Below, piece by piece: positions 50,101-61,896 of a stretch of DNA of 64,000 bases. Origin of the DNA: Macrostomum lignano (Eukaryota); NCBI GenBank assembly GCA_002269645.1, contig NIVC01000987.1:32496-96495 (forward strand). The letters are read 5' to 3'. How positions within the stretch are numbered: position 1 is the stretch's first letter; each line of letters opens with the position of its first letter. Both the position numbers and the translations under genes were made by a program. The notes beneath the pieces are model-generated. The model ran no database searches. It was not told the origin of the DNA and worked only from the letters and a program-made list of their open reading frames with translations.

Positions 50101-50308
50101 GCCGCCCAGGGCGCCGCCGCCGATGCCAGGTGCGGTGGTGTCACCGCCCACTGACGAGGAGCTGCGAGAGGCAGCGGAGGCGGTTACGGCGGCAGCGGCG
50201 GCGGCGGCGACAAAATGCACGCGTCGACAGAATGTCCACGACAACGAGAAGTCGCCGTTGCTGTCGCCATGCAGCGATCAGATTGATCAGCGGCGCGGCT
50301 CCTGGTGA
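44171..50308 (+). CDS. SLC18B1: MFS-type transporter SLC18B1-like, 7 exons
   Basis: Exons 44171-44441, 45281-45577, 46686-47132, 47330-47720, 48794-48868, 48981-49074, 49640-50308; GT-AG, phases consistent. Motifs LSIMAPFFPSEAESKGVSSTVSGWIFG, GIAETFCGIGAVLGPAVGGVLYGWGGFGLPF, FEPVLEPRL, GEFVGPIAGGFLVD. Confidence 0.9.
44575..45220. repeat. ~34-bp minisatellite (GGGAAGAATCTAAATGGGAAATGTTGGTGGAATT)
   Basis: Tandem copies in SLC18B1 intron 1. Confidence 0.9.
45630..45845 (-). mobile_element. SINE body fragment, antisense in SLC18B1 intron 2
   Basis: Matches 31185-31385. Confidence 0.85.
45950..46285. repeat. ~19-20 bp minisatellite (CCCAGATAGCAAGCATCC)
   Basis: Tandem repetition. Confidence 0.9.
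47150..47297. repeat. (CTGT)n microsatellite in SLC18B1 intron 3
   Basis: Direct repeats. Confidence 0.9.
47800..48700. repeat. 26-bp minisatellite (CTAAAGATGGGATCTTCTGGGGATTT)
   Basis: About 33 copies in SLC18B1 intron 4. Confidence 0.95.
49310..49650 (+). repeat. ~52-bp tandem array that duplicates the branch point/3' splice site of the last SLC18B1 exon
   Basis: CCTCAG|ATGACCCT occurs 7 times (ATG at 49333, 49395, 49433, 49485, 49537, 49589, 49640). Confidence 0.9.
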
Positions 50309-50479
50309 TTCGAATCGAAGGCCATTCTGTATTTATTTTTTTTTCCTCAGCGGATGACCGCCTCCCGAAATTCTATGAATCATTCCTCTGATCCAGAGAT
50401 CTGCATCTATTTAATTGCCTGTTATTTGTTCTTAAATCTTCAGATGTTGTTGTCTATCAATTTGTTGATCCACTTTGAA

Positions 50480-50930
50480 ATTTTAAGATCCCATACTTAA
50501 AATTCCAAGATCCCATTTTTTAACTCCCACAAGATCCTATATCCTATATTTAAAGTCCCAAAATCCCATATTTAAAATCCCAAAATCCCATACTTGAAGT
50601 CCCTATATCCTATATTTGGAATCCAAAGATCCCATATTTAAAATCCCAAGACCCCATATTTAAAATCCCGACCCCATGTTTGAAATCCCACAAGATCCCA
50701 TATTTGAAACCCCACAAGACCCCATATTTGAAACCCCACAAAATCCCATGTTTGAAATCCCACAAGATCCCATATTTGAAACTCCACAAGACCCCATGTT
50801 TGAAATCACACAAGATACCATATTTCAAACCCCACAAAATCCCATGTTTGAAATCCCCCAAGATCCATGTTTGAAATCCCACAAAATCCCATGTTTGAAA
50901 TCCCACAAGATCCCATGTTTGAAAATTTAA
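50480..50930. repeat. 24-bp minisatellite (ATCCCATGTTTGAAATCCCACAAG)
   Basis: Tandem repetition. Confidence 0.9.
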
Positions 50931-51609
50931 ATTCTTAAAATCTCATGATTGAAGTCCCATAATTCCTTTTTCAAATCCATAGATAAGTCCCCATTTCGCT
51001 GTGTCTACAGCTTTTTCTTGATCCTAGATCAATAGCATTTCAATAATAATATTTATTTGATCTAATAATTAGAAAATTATAAACGAATGTATTGTAATTA
51101 CTATCACTAATTCATTATTGTCAATTATTAATCCCAATAAGCAATGCTCAATCAAAGAACAGATCAAATTCTTGTTTTAACTGCTAAATTATTAGTTTGG
51201 TGTGTTTCAACTCTTGCTGGAAATTATAAAATTGTATTTTTACACACAAATTAGATAATGCACTTTTTAACAACCCAGAATTATTGAAATGCGCTTCACC
51301 AGGGAAGCATTTAATTTTCTTGTATTGTATCACCCGATCATGCCCAAGTAATTGCCTTGAGTGAAATAACAATACTCTCAACAATTATAACGGTGCCTTC
51401 TCTGCACACCATCAAAATTGAAACTTTTATTGCCCATTGATCATTGTGTATGAAATATAACATATTGTCAATAAATTAGTCGTTTATAAATATATTGTAG
51501 AACCAATGTTGACGAGCATGATTTTTAATATAATCATTTATTTCATTGTTTACGTTTATTTTTGTTTTATAAATAAGATATCAGTTAGATTTATTATAGT
51601 TGGCACAAA

Positions 51610-52290
51610 TGTGCTGTGCTGTGACCAATCCATCCTTACAGTGTGCTGTGCTGTGACCAATCCATCCTTGCAGTGTGCTGTGCTGTGACCAATCCATCCT
51701 TACAGTGTGCTGTGCTGTGACCAATCCATCCTTACAGTGTGCTGTGCTGTGACCAATCCACCCTTACAGTGTGCTGTGCTGTGACCAATCCATCATTAGT
51801 GTGCTGTGCTGTGCTGTGACCAATCCATCCTTGCAGTGTGCTGTGCTGTGACCAATCCATCCTTACAGTGTGCTGTGCTGTGACCAATCCATCCTTACAG
51901 TGTGCTGTGCTGTGACCAATCCATCCTTGCAGTGTGCTGTGCTGTGACCAATCCATCCTTACAGTGTGCTGTGCTGTGACCAATCCATCCTTACAGTGTG
52001 CTGTGCTGTGACCAATCCATCCTTACAGTGTGCTGTGCTGTGACCAATCCATCATTAGTGTGCTGTGCTGTGCTGTGACCAATCCATCCTTGCAGTGTGC
52101 TGTGCTGTGACCAATCCATCCTTACAGTGTGCTGTGCTGTGACCAATCCATCCTTACAGTGTGCTGTGCTGTGACCAATCCATCATTAGTGTGCTGTGCT
52201 GTGCTGTGACCAATCCATCCTTGCAGTGTGCTGTGCTGTGACAAATCCATCCTTGCAGTGTGCTGTGCTGTGACCAATCCATCCTTACTC
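51610..52290. repeat. 32-bp minisatellite (CAGTGTGCTGTGCTGTGACCAATCCATCCTTA)
   Basis: About 21 copies. Confidence 0.95.
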
Positions 52291-52819
52291 CATCCTTATT
52301 TTTCACTAGGCATGGCGAGACATTGTCCCAAGACATTGCCCCGGGATTCCTTTCTTTAATTATAATATATATACACAGCAGTGGCGTGGAATGACGCGAA
52401 TTCGCAAATTGAGACCCACAAAAGGCGAAAACAAGCAAACCTTTGATTCATTGAATTCAACTGACATGCTGTTTTTGCTTGCAGTGTTCCATTTGTTAGT
52501 TCTATTTGAAGTCCGACTAACATGTGGTCCGTTGTAAGTAGACTATGAGGGGCCGAAAGTGTTTAACTTACAACCGGCCATTTTTTCGTCTACAGTGTGG
52601 TACAGACTAAGAGGCGAAATCTTTTTGGGACGCAAAACTGTCGGCACATGGTCGCCACGGGCACTTTATGTACATTAATATAATTTATTATACAGTATTA
52701 CTGCAGTGTGCAATCGCGAAATTATACCTTTTGTTATTTCATTTTTTGACAAGCGATAAATACGCTTACAATACTTGCTATTATGCTCCCTTTACATACT
52801 TTTTATACGTCTTCTCATA

Positions 52820-53460
52820 TTTCGAGGAAATAAATGGTGTCTCGGGTAATCTCTCGGCATGTCTCGAGGAAATAAATGGTGTCTCGGGTAATGTCTCGGC
52901 ATGTCTCGTGGAAATAAATGATGTGTCGGATAATGTCTCGGCATGTCTCGTGGAAATAAATGATGTGTCGGGTAATGTCTCGGCATGTTTCGTGGAAATG
53001 ATGTGTCGGGTAAATGTCTCGGCATGTCTCGTGGAAATAAATGATGTCTCGGGTAATGTCTCGGCATGTCTCGTGAAAAATGATGTCTCGGGTAATGTCT
53101 CGGCATGACTCGTGGAAATAAATGGTGTCTCGGGTAATGTCTCGGCATGTCTCGTGAAAATGATGTGTCGGGTAATTTCTCGGCATGTTTCGTGGAAATG
53201 ATGTGTCGGGTAAATGTCTCGGCATGTCTCGTGGAAATAAATGATGTCTCGGGTAATGTCTCGGCATGTCTCGTGAAAATAAATGATGTCTCGGGTAATG
53301 TCTCGGCATGTCTCGTGGAAATAAATGATGTGTCGGGTAATGTCTCGGCATGTCTCGTGGAAATAAATGATGTCTCGGGTAATGTCTCGGCATGTCTCGT
53401 GGAAATAAATGATGTGTCGGGTAATGTCTCGGCATGTCTCGTGGAAATAAATGATGTCTC
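52820..53460. repeat. 42-bp minisatellite (GTCTCGGCATGTCTCGTGGAAATAAATGATGTCTCGGGTAAT)
   Basis: About 15 copies; explains six overlapping ORFs. Confidence 0.95.
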
Positions 53461-55039
53461 GGGGCAATACATGTGCAGCAAATTTGCGCCCCCGATGTCT
53501 ACTGGGTAATATCTAGGCCGGACGCTACCATCTGCTGGGCATCCACCGTCTCTCCCTGAGGCAATGCAGTCACTTGTTGGTTGTGAACATGACCATCAGC
53601 AGGGACTTCCGCGCTTCGTCATGGAATTTGGGCTTAGGCGCACCACCTGCTTCCGGGGCTCTCCACTTTCAAGCTAAGTCTTGTCAGTCTTGGTTCCATG
53701 AGCATCCCAGGAACCCATGTCTCGTCTTGCACAGCGTACAAATTGTAACTTTCCTCCTTTATCCCTAGCAGAACCCGTCGCAATTGTGTAGCATAGTTGA
53801 CTCGCATCTGTCTCTGCTCATCCGTGAGGTTGTGGGGTTACCCACACTGAACACAACACGCCCACCTCAGCTGCAGGTCCTCTCGGAGGATGCGAATTAT
53901 TGGGACTTCTTGAGCTTTGGGTACGTAAAAATACTTCTGATTTTTAGATTTTTCTGAAACTTTCGCCAGACTTTCAGTGGGTGTCCAAAATGATAATAAA
54001 GCAAAAAGCTGCACAAAATTAGAATCGGGTTTTAGCAGAGTTATAGCTTAAACAACAAGACTTTTGTTCAACCCGGACCCGTAGTAAAAGATTTTCGTCT
54101 TGAAAAAACGGGTGGCATACACAAATGGCCAGTTAAGTGAACGCGTACAAATGTAAATTAGTAAGTTTTAAATTTAACAAGTAGCTATACATGTAGGTAA
54201 AAATATGATTATGCCTGAAAACCTGCTTTGTTCTTGTAGTGAGCCACTGGATTAATGGTGGTGTCTCACTTTAGTTAGCAGTTTCTCTCGCCCTCGCTCC
54301 TTGTTTCTCTCTCTGTGCAGCGGTCACTACTGGCTTCACTGGTGGGCCGCTTTCCATTCATCGCTTTCCATTTCCAGCCAATCACATGACAAGCTCTGTT
54401 TCCGCAGCAGTCCGAAGTACAGGGAAACCTCCGCGTCAATTGCTAAAAATGGCAGCAACGTTACGCGATCTGGCGCAACGGGGTCTTGCGTGCGATGGTG
54501 CAATAGATCCCTGCCTATAAATGCGAACCCTTTCACCCTTGGTTCTGTCGAAGAGTCTCGAGTCGCTAGTTTCTAAGTTCTTCAATTCTGTCCATTCTAA
54601 TTTCTCCTCGTGTGCATTTATCCCCCTTGCTATTGGCTTGCCTGTCCAAACCTAGACCCTGACCTCTGAGGCTGCTCGGAGGCTGGCATCGCCCTCCCAG
54701 CCGACCCACTGAGCCCAGCAGGATCTGCTGACTATTAGTCTGAAATCGCAAATCCGCGTGAAGTGCTGTGTTCGCTTGTCTTGGTTAGTTCGTTCCGACC
54801 GGATCCTCAACTCACCGACGGCTGAGACCCTAAGGGACCGGTGGCAGCACTACCTACGCTACTAGAAGGCTTCCAATCAGAAAAGACGGAGAGCCACTCA
54901 CACCGTGCAAGCGCAGCTGAGAAGCACAGGCATAACATTCTTATCTTCCAATATGCTAAAAATCATCTCTCCCTTCTGCCTCTCACTGCATTAGTTTTTA
55001 ACTTCATCTGCATTTCAGCTCTTCACAAACAATCCAACA

Positions 55040-56695
55040 ATGAGCCTTGAAGACTTCAGCGACAGCTCGAGTTCGGACGCGCCTCCCGCTTCCCCAACTC
55101 CACTCTGCATCATCTGCGACCAAGCTGCAGTCGGTGTGGCTCCGTTCTCCCGCTGCCACATGTGCAGTCAACACCTCAGTGTCGATGTGGCCAATCTATT
55201 CAAGCTCAAGGAAGAGGTCGAAGAGCTGCTGCTTGCCTACTCACAAGAGTCACAAGACTCACAAGAGTCACAAGGCGCAGCAGGTGCAGCTGGCCGTGCA
55301 GCGCTGCTGCGACACCGACAAGACGCTGAGTCGCTGCGTAGTCTCGCTCTCGACATCCAACAGCAGCTGCAAGAGGTCAATCACAAATTCGATTTGGTAC
55401 AGCAACACATCGATTCGTTCCGTAGCAGGGTGACGGGCCAGCTCTCAGGTGTGCTTGAGGCAGTGCGTGTGTGCGAGCGGGACCTCGAGGACATCTCCAG
55501 CTACAAGCAGGAGGTGGCCACGGCGGAGGCTGCAGGCGACATGGCGGAGCTGCTTCGCCTGGTCCAGTCCATGCACGAATCGCTTGGAGACTTGGAGGCC
55601 GACTTTGAGAGGTCAGAGCGGCTGCTCAGAGACCAGAGCGACAATGAGGAGCTGCAGCTGCGGCTTCTGGGCCAGCTCGAGCGGTTGGTCGGCATTTGTG
55701 CGGGACGCAGTGAAGAGGGCGACTGGTCGAGAGACACTGCAGTGACCGCGACATCCGAGGATATAGACGCTGCTGAGAAAGAGAGACTGCTGTTCGATCC
55801 GATGGTCTTCAGTCACGAGGTGAAGCTGGATGGCAATGTTAAATGGCTGGCTGTGTGCAGCGACACCAGCGGATTCGTTGGTGACCGCTCAGGCCGTGTG
55901 GTTCGCGCCGACTCAGCGAGAGGCGGCAGCGAGGCTCTGCCTCAGCCCTGCATCCTGGCATCATTCTCGATTTTTGATAGGAAGGACCACCTACTGGTGT
56001 TGTCTGTGGACGGCTCACAGAAGCTTCGGTGCCACTGCGATATCGACTGGAAGAATATAATCTGGGGCCTTCACTGCGACCGTCAGCTGCTGTTCATTGC
56101 TCAGCCTGACGCAGTGACAGTGACGGACCTGAGCGGTCGCGCGGTGCGTCGAGTCCGCCCACAGATTGAGGGCTTCGGTGACATCTGTGGAATCGGCGGC
56201 AACACAGCCTCCTTGTTTGTGTCCAGTGGAAACAAAATTGCTGCATTCAGCAAAGCGACTTGGCAGATGGAGACGGTCATCACGCTGTCTCAGCTTCCTG
56301 ATGCTGATCTGCGCAACTTGGCGACTCACGAAAACTGCATTCTGATGAGGGACTGGATTCACAAGCAGGTGCACAGAGTGAGCATCGACACCCAGCAGCT
56401 GGTCGCCTCCTTCCCGAATCAGCGTTCCGGCCTCCACCAGTTTGCTGGTCCAAGCGATGTGGCCGTCGGCAGAAGAGGCCGCCTGTTCGTGAGTGAGTTT
56501 TCGGGTCACTCAGTGCGTGCTGTGGCTGCAGACGATGGGTCGCTGCTGTGGACTCTGGGGACTCCGGGCAAGAGCGGCAGCGGAGACGGCAGATTCAGCA
56601 GGCCGTTGAGTCTGGCGGTGGTGACGGGAGGTCCGCGCGACCAGCTGCTGGTGGCTGACTGTGACAACAGGAGACTGCAGGTGTTCAGCGCTTAG
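55040..56695 (+). CDS. Zn-finger (CxxC..CxxC) + coiled-coil + NHL beta-propeller protein, TRIM-NHL-like, copy A (551 aa, single coding exon)
   Basis: CIICD..CHMCSQH, long heptad-rich region, NHL repeats FAGPSDVAVGRRGRLFVSE and FSRPLSLAV..LLVADCDNRRLQVF. Confidence 0.88.
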   Translation: MSLEDFSDSSSSDAPPASPTPLCIICDQAAVGVAPFSRCHMCSQHLSVDVANLFKLKEEVEELLLAYSQESQDSQESQGAAGAAGRAALLRHRQDAESLRSLALDIQQQLQEVNHKFDLVQQHIDSFRSRVTGQLSGVLEAVRVCERDLEDISSYKQEVATAEAAGDMAELLRLVQSMHESLGDLEADFERSERLLRDQSDNEELQLRLLGQLERLVGICAGRSEEGDWSRDTAVTATSEDIDAAEKERLLFDPMVFSHEVKLDGNVKWLAVCSDTSGFVGDRSGRVVRADSARGGSEALPQPCILASFSIFDRKDHLLVLSVDGSQKLRCHCDIDWKNIIWGLHCDRQLLFIAQPDAVTVTDLSGRAVRRVRPQIEGFGDICGIGGNTASLFVSSGNKIAAFSKATWQMETVITLSQLPDADLRNLATHENCILMRDWIHKQVHRVSIDTQQLVASFPNQRSGLHQFAGPSDVAVGRRGRLFVSEFSGHSVRAVAADDGSLLWTLGTPGKSGSGDGRFSRPLSLAVVTGGPRDQLLVADCDNRRLQVFSA

Positions 56696-56871
56696 AGAAG
56701 GACTTAAAAACCCTTGAAAATGTAGTCGAGTAAATTAAAATGTATTCCTTTTATATTTTGACTATGGCTTAATAACCCTAAGACTCCTAATGCGTATATG
56801 TTATCTACTCAAAGCAGTGGCTACAAATATGAAAATCTGCATGCAATATAATTTTTACTTGTTTAAGTATA

Positions 56872-57142
56872 CTCAGCAGCATTGAAAAGTCGCCACTCTA
56901 TGCGCCAGTGAGCAATTTCTCATTGACTATTCTGAAATAAAAGATACGCGAAAACTGATGGTGTGGCTTTAATCCGTCCAACCCTTGCACACCGCTCCCC
57001 TACTTCGTTCCTCAACTCAAGTCTGCCGCGGCGTAGCCGAGTTGCGCGTCACTCGTAAAGATTGAGAGACTTTGCCTGCACTCTGAAAAGTGGCTACCAC
57101 AGACGGAATCTTCTGTGATGGCGACTTTTCGATGTTGCTGAG
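56872..57142. mobile_element. MITE with ~24-bp TIRs flanked by TA(TA), Tc1/mariner-like
   Basis: TATA|CTCAGCAGCATTGAAAAGTCGCCA ... TGGCGACTTTTCGATGTTGCTGAG|TATA. Confidence 0.7.
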
Positions 57143-59182
57143 TATATATAAGATCATGACTCAATTGTACAAATTTCACAAAAAGTACTCCTAAAACTAA
57201 GAATTGTAAACAGCTTTTGGCGATTAGTTTGTTTTTTAATTTTTTTCCTCGGATACGCGAATAATAGAAAAATTGCGCAGTAAACTGCCATGGCTCATGC
57301 TAGTGCCATTTAACTTTAGCTAGAGAGCTTCATGACTTCTCTGACTCACCTCCCCCATCCTAGAGTTCAGGTGACTGGTCGCTCTCACGTTAGCTCTTAG
57401 GTCTTAGCTAGTAAACCTGCGACTTTAACTGGTAATCATTTGTACATGTAATATTCTGAAATAAGAAATGTATACAGACAAAACATTATTACGTAAGGCC
57501 ATCAATGCTTAAGGGTGCAAAGCAGCTACAGGTGACACTGCTTTAAGGTAAATTATTCCTGTGTACAATGTATGTGTCCTCTGTGTTCTCACAAAGAATC
57601 CTCTGTGTTACGTTGAGACTTGCGGGATCCAGAGGCGGCGTGTGTGGTTGTGGCTGACTGATGAAGGTCTGTCTGTACGAGATCTGACCAATTTTAGTGG
57701 TCATATTCTACATGTATGTACTAGCTTACCTGTCAGTAGCATAATAAACCTGATCTTATTGATGCTTAATTATAGGCTAATTTGTATGAAAAGCATGATT
57801 ATACGAGTAATTGAGGTTTCCTGGAAACTAGGATGATGTCCACGTGTACAAAGTATTAATTCAATTTTAAATTACATGTACATCTAGGTAGGAAGCGATG
57901 CATGTACACTTTCGAGCTACGTGTGATTCGATAGAAGTTGCATCATGACCATATGGCCAGTTGCATTAAGTATGCATAATTTGAACATCGCATATGGATG
58001 AATGAGTTTTACCATGACAGACAAATTGGGTGAAGAAAATTCCGATTGGACGCCATGCTTTGTGCCAGCCTGCTGGAGGGGCCGCGGCTTCCCGTTGCCT
58101 CCTCACCCACAACCCACAATAATTTTTCGAGCAGAAAAGTGGAAATATTAATTTCTGAAAGCAGCTCGTGGTCTTCGTATATGGCTTTCTATGAAAAACT
58201 GTCATTTTACACTAGTTGTGCAGTGAAAGATTCATTTTCGTATTTTTTTGAGCCAAAAGTTGTAACTACTCACAATTGTGACATTGGCTGAAATTTTGTT
58301 TTGTTCCTTAATCAAGTATTATTTGTAATAAAAATGTAGGCTGGGGCCTAGCTTAAAAATTGATAGATTTCAATTTAGACCCACAAAGACATGCGGGCCG
58401 CAAAGCCTCTCTATCCGGCCCTCCGTCCTTTGAAACTTCACAATAGCAATCCGGCCCGCTCAAGGTTTGAGTCTCTTCTCAGCTATTTCCCTAATCTCCT
58501 CTCCCTTTTTATATATCCCCTCTCTCCTCTCTCCTGCCTTCTCATCTCCGGTCTTCTCTCTCTCTCCTACACTCTCCCCTCTCACCTCTCTGCCCTCCTC
58601 TCCACTCCTCTCTTCCCTCTCTCTTCTCTCTCCTCTATCTGGCCCTTCAGTTAAAATAGTTCGCCGACTTCTGATTTAGACAATATGAAAAATGATATTC
58701 GTAAACATTGTCTACATTCAATTATTCAGACTGGTCTAGGAACTACATGTATACCTATAATAGTGGCGTAAATTTTTATTACTTGAAACAAAAAGTTAAT
58801 GTATTCGTAATGCCATATAAAATTTCATAGAACAGATATAACACGCTGCGGATGCTAAATTAAAAAATGGTAACCATTCATTTTGTGATGAAGAAAATGA
58901 TTTTTCTCTAAAAATTGCCAAGACCTTGGATATACAACAGTGGTCCTTAACTGAAGGAAGGCGGTTAAAAGAGAAATGACATCAGATTTATTTGACATCG
59001 GTTCTAACAAAGAAACCAATACGTGAGAAAAAATGATAAATTATCAAAAGTCGTTATGCATTTGAATCAAGTAAGCTGCAGTGCACACTGAGGGGGCGAT
59101 TTGGAGAAAACCGCAGAAGCAAGCGACTGATAAAAATGAATGAGCAGTTAGAGGGTCAAAGCCTGAGTTTGATGAACAGTAG

Positions 59183-59615
59183 AACTACCAAGGGGGGGAT
59201 TAACCCCCCCCCCCCCCCCCGACAATTTTTTTGCTGCGCCGGTGTCCGGCATGTCCGGCAGTTGAGGTTTGCTCATTTTTGAAGCTTGATGAGAAAAATC
59301 TGATAAGTTGCAATAGTGTGTCCATAGTCGCCTGGTGTCATCTGTTCAAGGCCGTGTCCATACTTGGTGCCACCTGTTAAAGGCCCAGAAGCTCCGTCTG
59401 GGTAAAGGCCAGTAACCAAGGAAGTCAGAGCTGATGCAGACACATGTGATCGATGTGCTGATGAAATTTGAAGGCTTGGCAAGGCTGCACTGAGGCGCAG
59501 TGCTGATTGGAGCACAGGGGTGTACTGAATACACTGGCGCTTATGGGAAAGAATCGACCTTCTGGCAGAATCGCAGAATCGGTCAGTATCTCGACGGTCC
59601 CCCCTCTTGGTAGTT
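59183..59615. mobile_element. MITE-like insertion with TIRs AACTACCAAG(G/A)GGGG
   Basis: AACTACCAAGGGGGG ... CCCCTCTTGGTAGTT; absent from the paralogous segment near 61545-61560. Outer limits may be 59177-59640 (CAGTA..TACTG). Confidence 0.65.
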
Positions 59616-60013
59616 AAAACGGGAGAAAACCGGCTTACTGTTAAGAACAGGGTGATTTGGAACTTTCCAGGAAAAGTTGCACAGACACAAAATGGGATTT
59701 TACTGAAACATGAGACATCTAGAAAAAAACCAATAGGAGAGGTGTTGAGGAAAATACAAGTTAAATTTCATTCAATAAATATCAATTCTGAATTTGCTGG
59801 ACATAATAAAATATTATCAAACAAAAAGAATTAAGTTTTATACAATTTTTGAAAATGTGATGAACTTCTTTGTTTTGATAATATTTTTATTATGCCCATT
59901 GCATGTATATTCAGAATTGATATTTATTGAGTTTTTCCGAAAACCCGTCTTCCAATAAATCAATCACTCAAGAAACCCCACATTTCGATAAATATTCGGC
60001 CTGTGAAAAATTT

Positions 60014-60130
60014 TTAGGATGCACTGAATACCTGCAGTCTCATACTGCCACCGTCAGCCACCACCAGCTGCTCGCGCGGACCTCCCGTCACCACCGCCAG
60101 ACACCATGGACTACTGAATCTGCCGTCTCC
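60014..60130 (-). pseudogene. 3' remnant (38 codons + stop) of a fourth NHL paralog (copy D)
   Basis: Translates GDGRFSSPWCLAVVTGGPREQLVVADGGSMRLQVFSAS*; its 3' flank aligns with those of copies B and C. Confidence 0.9.
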
Positions 60131-60199
60131 TTCTGAGAATGAACCATTCTGTCCTTTTCTTGACTGCCAAGATCTCCGTAATCTTCCCCCTTTTCTTTG

Positions 60200-60470
60200 A
60201 TTAAAACCCAGTCACTCCGAACCCCTTTCACTGTGAAACCCAGTCACTCTGAAACCCATTCACTGTGAAACCCAGACACTATGAACCACTTTCACTGTGA
60301 AACCCAGATACTATGAACCACTTTCACTGTGAAACCCAGACAATATGAACCCCTTTCACTGTGAAACCAAGACACTATGAACCCCTTTCACTGTGAAACC
60401 CAGTCACTACGAACCCCTTTCACTGCGAAACCCAGTCACTATAGAACCCCTTTCACTGTGAACCCAGTTG
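60200..60470. repeat. ~32-bp minisatellite (CACTGTGAAACCCAGACACTATGAACCCCTTT)
   Basis: Tandem repetition next to the copy D breakpoint. Confidence 0.9.
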
Positions 60471-61896
60471 CTGTCGCGTGTCACGTGTTACCAAAAAAGG
60501 ATGAGTATTAAATCTACATGAAAATTGACTTTTTGCATGTACACTCAATTGTGCTATCAATTTCAACTGTCCAAAGCACTTATATTTGAACAATTATTTC
60601 CCAGCTAAAAGTACCAGTTCCCATGCATAGAAAACACACAGCAGTGACCCATTGAGGAAAATGCAACACAGAAGCGAGCGCTGAGTCTGCAGCTGTGAGT
60701 GAAATATTTCAATATCTTGGCGTCAGGGACTCTCACTGCAGTGGCTGTCTGTGATTTCTATTCCGAGTGTCAGAGCCAAAATAGCTGAGGCGGCAACTCA
60801 ACTGACTTTTCCTGATGATGCAGTCACACGGGTGACTCGCAGTCTGATGTATTTGATGCTGTCACCGCAGTGATGCCGGCTCTTACAACAGAGAGTGCAG
60901 TGCAAGGGCAGCCACTCCAAGTCAGGAGTTTCCGAATATTTTTGCTCGCTCTGAGGTTCTGCTGTCAGGGCGACCCAGCAGTTCGATCCGGTGTGTGTGG
61001 AGGAGAGGGAGTGCTTTGCTAGGATCAGCTGGGTTAATCTGCTCACTCTGAGTAGTTCGGCTGTCTTCTGAGGCTGCCAGCTCAGGTCGGAGAAAGTTTA
61101 GCGCACGTGCGAGGGAGGGAGGGCGGAGATTCCCGATTGGTTTAAGCTGCGGTTTTACAGCATTTTTCAGTCTTTCGCATTGGGAGATTTACATTGCACC
61201 TTGCTGCTTCCTATTGGGTGAGACTGGGATCGCATCTTCAGCTTCTGCTTTTTTGAGCAGTTTCATTGGCTGGCAATGCACTCACAGCTGGATAACATTA
61301 TGAATTCAGGTGAGGCAGTTAGAAGAGAAATGACATCAGATTTGACATCAGTTCTGACACAGAAAAGATGACGCGCAGAGGCTGCATTAATATCAAAGAA
61401 AAATTGATACAACATCAAAATTGCTTTGCATAATTGTATCAATTAAGTCTGAGTGCAAGCTAAGGGGGTGGTTTGAAGAAAACCGCAAAAGCGAGCGACT
61501 GATAAAAATAAATGAGCAGTTTGAGTGTCAAAAGCTGGAGTTTGACTGAGCACAGGGTGATTGGGAATTTCCAAAAATGATTCACAGGCACAAAATTGGG
61601 TTTTTGGGTCTTTGCTGAAATTCAATTCAACAGTCAAGTCCCATTTTCTGGTGCTGAAACTTCTAGAAAAAGAAAAACTATGAGAGAACTGTTGAGGGCC
61701 AACGTAAGTTTAATTTAATTACTGAATGCAATAAATATCTATTCTGAAGTTAGTGGACATAATAAACAATTATCAGACAAAGGTCATCGCATGTAAAAAT
61801 CCTATAATAAGAAAAACTCGACCAAAACCCGGTTTCCATAAATCAGTCACTTATAGAAACCCCACAGTTCGAGTATTATTCGCCCAGTGAATAAAA

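Noticed and set aside
52378-53520. hAT-type element around the 42-bp array (CAGTGGCG start)
   Set aside because: No matching CGCCACTG end or 8-bp TSD found.
54235-54865. Solo LTR upstream of NHL copy A (TGTAGTG start, TATAAA box, CGCTAC end)
   Set aside because: No canonical CA end, no TSD and no internal domain; it could simply be a promoter region.
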